Shown in pieces: positions 58,036-64,000 of a stretch of DNA of 64,000 nucleotides (position 1 is its first letter; the number at the start of each line of letters is the position of its first letter). This stretch comes from Bryobacterales bacterium (GTDB lineage: Bacteria > Acidobacteriota > Terriglobia > Bryobacterales > UBA6623), in assembly GCA_963422375.2 (NCBI GenBank), contig OY729428.2:3488001-3552000 (forward strand), written 5' to 3'. A program made the translations under genes and the position numbers. The notes below the pieces were generated by a model that worked only from the letters and a program-made list of their open reading frames with translations, searched no databases and was not told the origin of the DNA.

Positions 58036-59210
58036 TCAACTCCCCTCCGCCCGCTCGAAGAGCACCGCCACCTTGGCCTTGAGCTTCTCGTGGGCCTCCC
58101 GGAACGGCTGCCCTCGCAGCTCTGGCCGCCGCGTCATGTCCCGCGCCTCCGAGCGCTTCAAGTCCAGCTTAGAGAGCTCCCCGGTGTCGTCCAGCCAGCT
58201 GTCCGTCCAGTCCGCCGGACGCATGTACTTCTTGCCGAGGTTCACGAAGTCGCGCCGCGCGTAAGTCCGGCAAAGGGCCAGATCGAAACGGCCCCGCGTG
58301 CATTCGCGTCAGCTTCACGCGAGAGCTGTAGCGGTCGCACACCAGCACCACGCGCCGCTCCACGCCCAGCGCCCCGAAGACGTCGGCCGCAGCCAGCGCG
58401 CTGCGCGGGCGCCCCACCTGCATCCACGCCATGCCCGCTCCCAAGCGCGCCCGCAGCCAGCAGCGGGCGCGGTCGCCCTCCTCGGCTAGGGCTTGGATCA
58501 TCCACGTGGTCTCGTCCCCGTGCAGCACCTCGGCCTGCTTCCGGCGGTCCCGCAGCGCCGCCGCGAACGGGCGGAACAGCTCCGGCATACGGTCCAGTTC
58601 GGCACATAGGGTGCCGGCCAGAGATTCAGCCCGAAGTCCGCGAGCGCCCGCTCGGCGGCCCGCTTGGGCCGGCACCGGGCTTGCACCATGACCAGCCCTA
58701 GAGCCTACACCGAGATGCCGTAAGGCGAGCCGCGGAACAGCCGCGGCGGGGCCGGCGCAGTCACCCCCTTGACCTCCGGGCACTGGCGTGTCGGCTTCCG
58801 CCGCTCGCGGAAGATGCGTCGCCGGTGCGGCTTGCCGGGGATCGCGATCTCTTCGGAGACGGTCGACCCTCTCTAGGCTTAGTCCAGGCCGCAGCTCGGG
58901 CATCGGCAGTCCGGCGCGTCCGGCTCCACCCGGTCCTCGATCACCACCAAGTGCTCGTGCGTCCGGCGCGGGGCGCCGGGCTGGTGCCCGCGCGGGCGCC
59001 GCTCCTTGCCCTCCGAGCGCTCCTCAAAGCCCTGGCCGCCGCCCTTGCCGGGCGTCCGCCGTTCGCTCCAAAGCCCGTACTTCATGGCCCCGTACTTGCG
59101 GCTCTTGGCCCGCGCCCGGCCCCGCTCCTTCTCTAGCTTCGCCTTGGTGCTCTCCAGCTGCTTGACGCGAGCGGCCCGCTCGTCCAGCTGCCGCCCGTGC
59201 CGTGTAGTTA
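58036..59210 (-). pseudogene. IS66-family transposase remnant, multiple frameshifts and stops
   Basis: Fragments YG..SERR, RG.QPGAP, C.CPSCG, LFRGSPYGISV, LHGDETTW and VLVCDRYS are spread over several frames. Confidence 0.8.
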
Positions 59211-59465
59211 GTGCTTGTGACAAAACCCCGGAATTCTGGCCTGATCAGCACTTCATACTACATCCCGATGTCGGACGGATCTCCAAACACAACATATAGG
59301 ACCCAAGGTCGGAAGTTGCTCAGCCGCCAATCGCGAAGATTTCCGCGCTCTACCCAGAATTGGCAGGATTTCGGACCAGTCGTAGCATTCCAGCGAAATC
59401 TTCGCCTTGAGAGATTGGACCTAAAGCCTTTGTTGTCAAGGGGATACGGGTTTTGTCACAGGCAC
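59211..59465. mobile_element. 255-bp MITE
   Basis: IRs gtgcttgtgacaaaaccc and gggttttgtcacaggcac (17/18); TAGTTA direct repeat at 59205-59210 and 59466-59471; lower-GC non-coding interior. Confidence 0.85.
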
Positions 59466-60102
59466 TAGTTACCGGCAGCGTCCAGCGTCCAGAAGGACCC
59501 TTGCGCGCCCGTGTCCGCGCACCGGGTCGGCTGTCCCGCTGGACTGGTCGCAGGGCGAGCCCGAGCATGCCGGCGGGAGGCGCAGATCCGTCACGGATCA
59601 TCCGGGCCCGGGCGCTCAATCGGACGCCAGGTCCATGCGACGCTCCAACCATCTGTTCAATCGCTCGCTTGAGGACTACGCCGGGGACCGAGGCCTGCCC
59701 GTTCCGGACGATCCGGGGCGGGCGGTGCGGACGACGGCGGCATGAGGCGGCTACATGAACCGGCGCCAGGACCTGCCGCCGGGGCGCCAGATCATCTGGC
59801 GAGACTAGTTGCGCCTAGCCGGCGCGGTGCAGACGTACGAGCGCCAGCTCCGTTTGGGAGTGATCGGGCCGGACCGGACGGAGGCGCATGAATCGGTGGG
59901 CCCGGACTAACCTTGTCGCTGAAGTTCAGGGCGCGGCTGCTTGGCCGTCGCAGGCGCCCCGACCGGACCGGCGCGGATGTCGAGTCCCCTTGGTGCGGCG
60001 GGCCGGCTGGCGCGCCAGCGCCTCCCGGAGAATCCAGCCAAAGCGAGTGCCGCAGCCTCGAGGAGACCGGCGCGCACTCTCGAGATGCGGAAGGAGGCCG
60101 AC

Positions 60103-63100
60103 CTATCTCAGCACCTCGACCGAGCCCCGGCCGCAAATCTCCTCGGCCTGCGCGCGGAACGCCTTGTTCGCCTTGACGCGTGCGTCGAGGTCGTAGACCA
60201 CTACGAAGTCCTTGGGACGCTGCAACCGCAGCCGCACGTCGGTTGGCCCGGGACTGCTGCGAACGAGATCGAGCAGCCGGTCGGCGACCCCTTCCGCCCG
60301 CTTGCCGCCGTTCAGCGTCACGGTGAGCGAAATCTGATCGGGCGGCGGGACGCGGGCGTTCTCGAGCGCCGTGACCTCCGCCACCGAGACCTTGCTCCCT
60401 CCCTCGTCCTCTGCACGCACGCTGCCCCGGACGACGATCGGCCGGTCTACGATGAGCTGGTCCTGGACCTGCTCGAACTGGTTGGCGAACACGAGCAGCT
60501 CGATGCTGCCGCGCTGGTCCTCGAGCACGGCCGACGCCCAGGTGCGGCCCTCGCGGTTCCTGCGGCGCTGGATGCTGTGCAGGATGCCGCACACGGTCAC
60601 CTCCGCGCTGTTGGGCTGGTCGCCGAGCGCCGTGCTCTCGATCGCCTCCAGATCCTCCACGGTCTCCGCGTAGCTCTCGAGAGGGTGACCGGTCACGTAG
60701 AAGCCGAGCGTCTCCTTCTCGCCGGCCAGCTTCTCCAAGTGGGTCCAATCGGCGATGTCCGGCAGGCTTCCGCTCTCGTCTCCCCCGGCCCCCCACATGT
60801 CTCCGAACAGGCCTTCCTGGCCGGTCTCACGGTCCCTGAACGCCCTCTGCCCGGCCTCCATCGCCGAGTCGAGCGCGCCTGTCAGCTGGGCGCGGTTTCC
60901 GCCCACGCTGTCCATCGCGCCGGCCCTGATCGCGCTCTCGAGCATGCGCTTGTTGAACTTGCTGCAGTCGACGTTCTCGCAGAAGTCGAACAGCGAGGTG
61001 AAGCCCGCCTTGCGGTTCGCGCGGGCTTGGATGACGGACTCGACGGCGCTCCGGCCCACGTTCTTGATCGCGCCGAGACCGAAGCGGATCGCCTTGTCCC
61101 CGGCCGGGGTGAAGTCCCAGTACGACACGGCCACGTCCGGCGGGAGGATCTCAATGCCCATGTCCCGGCACTCGTTCAGGTAGAGCCGGACTTTCTCGGA
61201 ACTGCCGAGCTCGGCCGTCAGCAGGGAGGCCATGAATTCGACCGTGTGGTGCGTCTTGAGGTAGGCGGTGACGTAGGCGACGAAGCCGTACGCGGCGGAG
61301 TGCGACTTGTTGAAGCCGTACCCAGCGAACTGCTCCATGAGATTGAACAGCTCGCCGGACTCGCGCTCGGGATGGCCCCGTTCCCTGGCCCCCTGCAGGA
61401 ACCGCATGCGCTGCGTGGCCATCTCGTCGGGCTTCTTCTTGCCCATCGCGCGCCGCAGCAGGTCCGCCTCGCCGAGGGAGTAGCCCGCGACGAGATTCGC
61501 GATCTGCATGACCTGCTCCTGGTAGACGATCACGCCGTAGGTCTCCGCCAGGATGGGCTCGATCTCTGGCAGCAGGTAGGTCACTTTCTTGCGGCCGTGC
61601 TTGCGGTCGATGAAGTCCGGGATCATGCCGCCCTGGATCGGACCGGGGCGGTACAGCGCGTTCAGCGCGCAGAGGTCCTCGAGGCGCTCGGGCTTGTAGC
61701 GGCGGCAGATGTCGCGCATTCCCTTGGACTCGAACTGGAACACGCCGCTGGTCAGCCCCTCCGAGACGAGCTGGAAAGTCTTGGCGTCGTCCAGGGGGAT
61801 CGTCTCCTGGGTCAGGGTCTTGTCCGTGCGCCGCTTGATCCACTTGAACGTGTCGTCGATGATCGTCAGCGTCGTCAGCCCGAGGAAGTCCATCTTGAGA
61901 AGCCCCATCTGGTCGAGGCTCTTCATGTCGAACTGGGTGACGATTTCGTCCTTGTTCGTCTTGTAGATCGGGACGAGGTTCTTGAGAGGCTGCGGCGCGA
62001 TCACGACTCCCGCGGCATGCACGGACGGATTGCGGGCGATGCCTTCCAGGCGCTTCGCCGTCTGCACGAGCTGGGCGACCTTGCCGTCCTCCTTGATGGC
62101 TGCCTGCAGGCGCGGCTCCTGCTCGATGGCCTCGTCCAAGGAGATCTTCAGGACGTTGGGGACGAGCTTGGTCAGGCGGTCGACCTGCCCGAAGCCCAGA
62201 TCCATCACGCGGCCCACGTCCTTGATGGCGGCCTTGGTCGCCATCGTGTTGAAGGTGATGATCTGCGAAACCTGCTCGCGGCCGTACTTCTCCGTGACGT
62301 ATTGGATCACCTCGCCGCGCCGGTTCATGCAGAAGTCGATGTCGACGTCGGGCATCGAGCGGCGCTCGACGTTCAGGAAGCGCTCGAACAGCAGGCCGTA
62401 CTGCAGCGGGTCGATGTCGGTGATCGCCATGGAGTAGGCCACGAGCGAGCCGGCAGCGGAGCCCCGTCCGGGGCCGACGGGAATGCCCTTGGAGCGGGCG
62501 TAGCGGATGAAGTCCCAGACGATCAGGAAGTACCCGGAGTACTTCATGCGCTGGATGACCTCGATCTCGTGGTCGAGCCGCTCCGCGTACTCGGGCAGCG
62601 GCCGGCGCAGCAGGCCCTTCTCCGCCATCGCTTCCAGGCGCGCGCGCCGCGCCTCGAAGCCCTGCCGGGCGGCGAACTCGAAGTAGGTGTCGATGCTCTG
62701 GCCCCGGGGCACCTCGAACTTGGGGAACGGATCCTTGACCGGCTCTAGGTTCAGGTCGCACATCTGGGCGATCTCCCAGGTGCGGTTGAGTGGCCCGTCG
62801 TCGCCGTCGAAGAGGGCGGCCATCTCCTCGCGGGTCTTGAGATAGAACTCCTGCGTGTCGAAGCGCAGGCGCTTGGCCTCGCTGAGCGTCTTGCCGGTCT
62901 GAACGCACAGCAGCGCGTCGTGCGCACCGTGGTCCTCCTTGGTGAGGTAATGCGCATCGTTGGTGGCGACGAGGGGGATGCCCGTCTCCTGCGCCAGGCG
63001 GAACTGCAGCGGGATCAGCTTCTTGTCGAGATCGAGCCCATGGTCCTGGAGCTCGAGGAAGAAATTCTCCTTGCCGAAAATGTCCTGATACTCGTAGGCC

Positions 63101-63570
63101 AGCCTGCGCCCCTCCTCGTAGCCTTGGTTGAGCAGGGCCTCCTGCAGGTCGCCCCGCAGGCAGGCGGACAGGCAGATCAGCCCCTCGGCGTGCTGCGCGA
63201 GCAGCGCCTTGTTGATGCGCGGCTTGTAGTAGAAGCCCTCCAGGTAGGCCGTCGAAACGAGATCGATGAGGTTGCGGTAGCCCTTCTCGTTCTTGCAGAG
63301 CAGGACGAGGTGGTAGTACCGCACGTCGGAGTCGCGGCGCCTGTGGTCGCCGTCGACGATGTAGATCTCGCAGCCGATGATGGGCTTGATCCCGACCTTG
63401 CGAGCGGCGTTGTAGAAGGAGACGGCGCCGAAGAGGTTGCCGTGGTCCGTGATCGCGATGGCCGGCCACTCGTGCTTGGCGGCGATCTTCATCAGCCGCG
63501 GGATGTGACAGGCTCCGTCCAAGAGCGAATAGTCGGTGTGGTTGTGAAGGTGGACGAACGGCTGGGGCAT
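60103..63570 (-). CDS. dnaE: DNA polymerase III alpha subunit
   Basis: FVHLHNHTDYSLLDG PHP domain, GPGRGSAAGS, PDVDIDF, SVHAAG, KMDFLGL, YGFNKSH and OB fold. About 1155 aa, no intein. Confidence 0.98.
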   Translation of the reverse strand: MPQPFVHLHNHTDYSLLDGACHIPRLMKIAAKHEWPAIAITDHGNLFGAVSFYNAARKVGIKPIIGCEIYIVDGDHRRRDSDVRYYHLVLLCKNEKGYRNLIDLVSTAYLEGFYYKPRINKALLAQHAEGLICLSACLRGDLQEALLNQGYEEGRRLAYEYQDIFGKENFFLELQDHGLDLDKKLIPLQFRLAQETGIPLVATNDAHYLTKEDHGAHDALLCVQTGKTLSEAKRLRFDTQEFYLKTREEMAALFDGDDGPLNRTWEIAQMCDLNLEPVKDPFPKFEVPRGQSIDTYFEFAARQGFEARRARLEAMAEKGLLRRPLPEYAERLDHEIEVIQRMKYSGYFLIVWDFIRYARSKGIPVGPGRGSAAGSLVAYSMAITDIDPLQYGLLFERFLNVERRSMPDVDIDFCMNRRGEVIQYVTEKYGREQVSQIITFNTMATKAAIKDVGRVMDLGFGQVDRLTKLVPNVLKISLDEAIEQEPRLQAAIKEDGKVAQLVQTAKRLEGIARNPSVHAAGVVIAPQPLKNLVPIYKTNKDEIVTQFDMKSLDQMGLLKMDFLGLTTLTIIDDTFKWIKRRTDKTLTQETIPLDDAKTFQLVSEGLTSGVFQFESKGMRDICRRYKPERLEDLCALNALYRPGPIQGGMIPDFIDRKHGRKKVTYLLPEIEPILAETYGVIVYQEQVMQIANLVAGYSLGEADLLRRAMGKKKPDEMATQRMRFLQGARERGHPERESGELFNLMEQFAGYGFNKSHSAAYGFVAYVTAYLKTHHTVEFMASLLTAELGSSEKVRLYLNECRDMGIEILPPDVAVSYWDFTPAGDKAIRFGLGAIKNVGRSAVESVIQARANRKAGFTSLFDFCENVDCSKFNKRMLESAIRAGAMDSVGGNRAQLTGALDSAMEAGQRAFRDRETGQEGLFGDMWGAGGDESGSLPDIADWTHLEKLAGEKETLGFYVTGHPLESYAETVEDLEAIESTALGDQPNSAEVTVCGILHSIQRRRNREGRTWASAVLEDQRGSIELLVFANQFEQVQDQLIVDRPIVVRGSVRAEDEGGSKVSVAEVTALENARVPPPDQISLTVTLNGGKRAEGVADRLLDLVRSSPGPTDVRLRLQRPKDFVVVYDLDARVKANKAFRAQAEEICGRGSVEVLR

Positions 63571-64000
63571 TGACGGGAGGGGGTAAACCCAAGTATAGGA
63601 ACGCTCGGTCGGGATCAGGCTGGCTTCCCCTTCGGACGGGCCGCGGAGGGCTCGGCCTTCGTGCCGAGGTCGCAGGGGCGGGCACCGCGGAATCGCGTTG
63701 ACTCGCAGCGGGCTGCGCATATTGCCGCAACCGCGGCCGCCACAAGTGCCTGTGGCCGATGCGCGACGGCCTCCAGCGTCCTGCCGACGACGCAACGGTG
63801 CCAATCCGGCGCCACCCGGTGGGACAGGGCCACGTGACGCGTGAGCCCGCCGCGCCGTCCATCAGCCGCCGGTGAATCCGCGTCCCGCCCGGGCCGTCGA
63901 AGAAGGCAACCGGCGCTACCCGGCGGTCGTTCCCTCCCGGTAGACCGCGGAGACTGAGCGGTGTCGGGCCGGCGCCGGACCCCGGGATTCTCGAGTCTCG

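Noticed and set aside
59941..62748. Very long antisense or alternative-frame ORFs (59941..62748, 61151..63862, 5812..8226, 9174..11402, 55337..57394 and many others)
   Set aside because: They overlap well-supported genes, lack motifs and are R/A/G/P-rich: shadow ORFs caused by high GC3.
60103..63570. Intein or split in dnaE
   Set aside because: Length is normal and motifs are contiguous; no intein signatures.
1..64000. CRISPR array, tRNA or rRNA genes
   Set aside because: No regularly spaced repeats or recognisable stable-RNA sequences were seen.

Overview
High-GC bacterial chromosomal window. Gene content points to Acidobacteriota, probably Bryobacterales; a host-associated lifestyle is possible but is only inference. 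The housekeeping backbone comprises tgt-yajC-secD-secF-tonB-exbB-exbD-exbD-TPR-relA/spoT, dnaE and amtB, plus scattered hydrolases and oxidoreductases. Decayed mobile DNA includes an IS30, a nest of three IS1595-family elements sharing one 8-bp target, a DUF4338 remnant, an IS66 remnant with a MITE, and a frameshifted restriction-modification fusion. The most striking locus is 13634-21942, an apparent trans-envelope phospho-signalling module. It has four parts: a membrane-anchored thermolysin (M4) protease with a cytoplasmic FHA domain; a PP2C phosphatase fused through a TM helix to a stand-alone M4 propeptide (FTP/PepSY) domain; a membrane-anchored vWA protein; and a divergent Ser/Thr kinase carrying two TonB C-terminal domains. 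All calls come from reading motifs by eye; no database searches were run.
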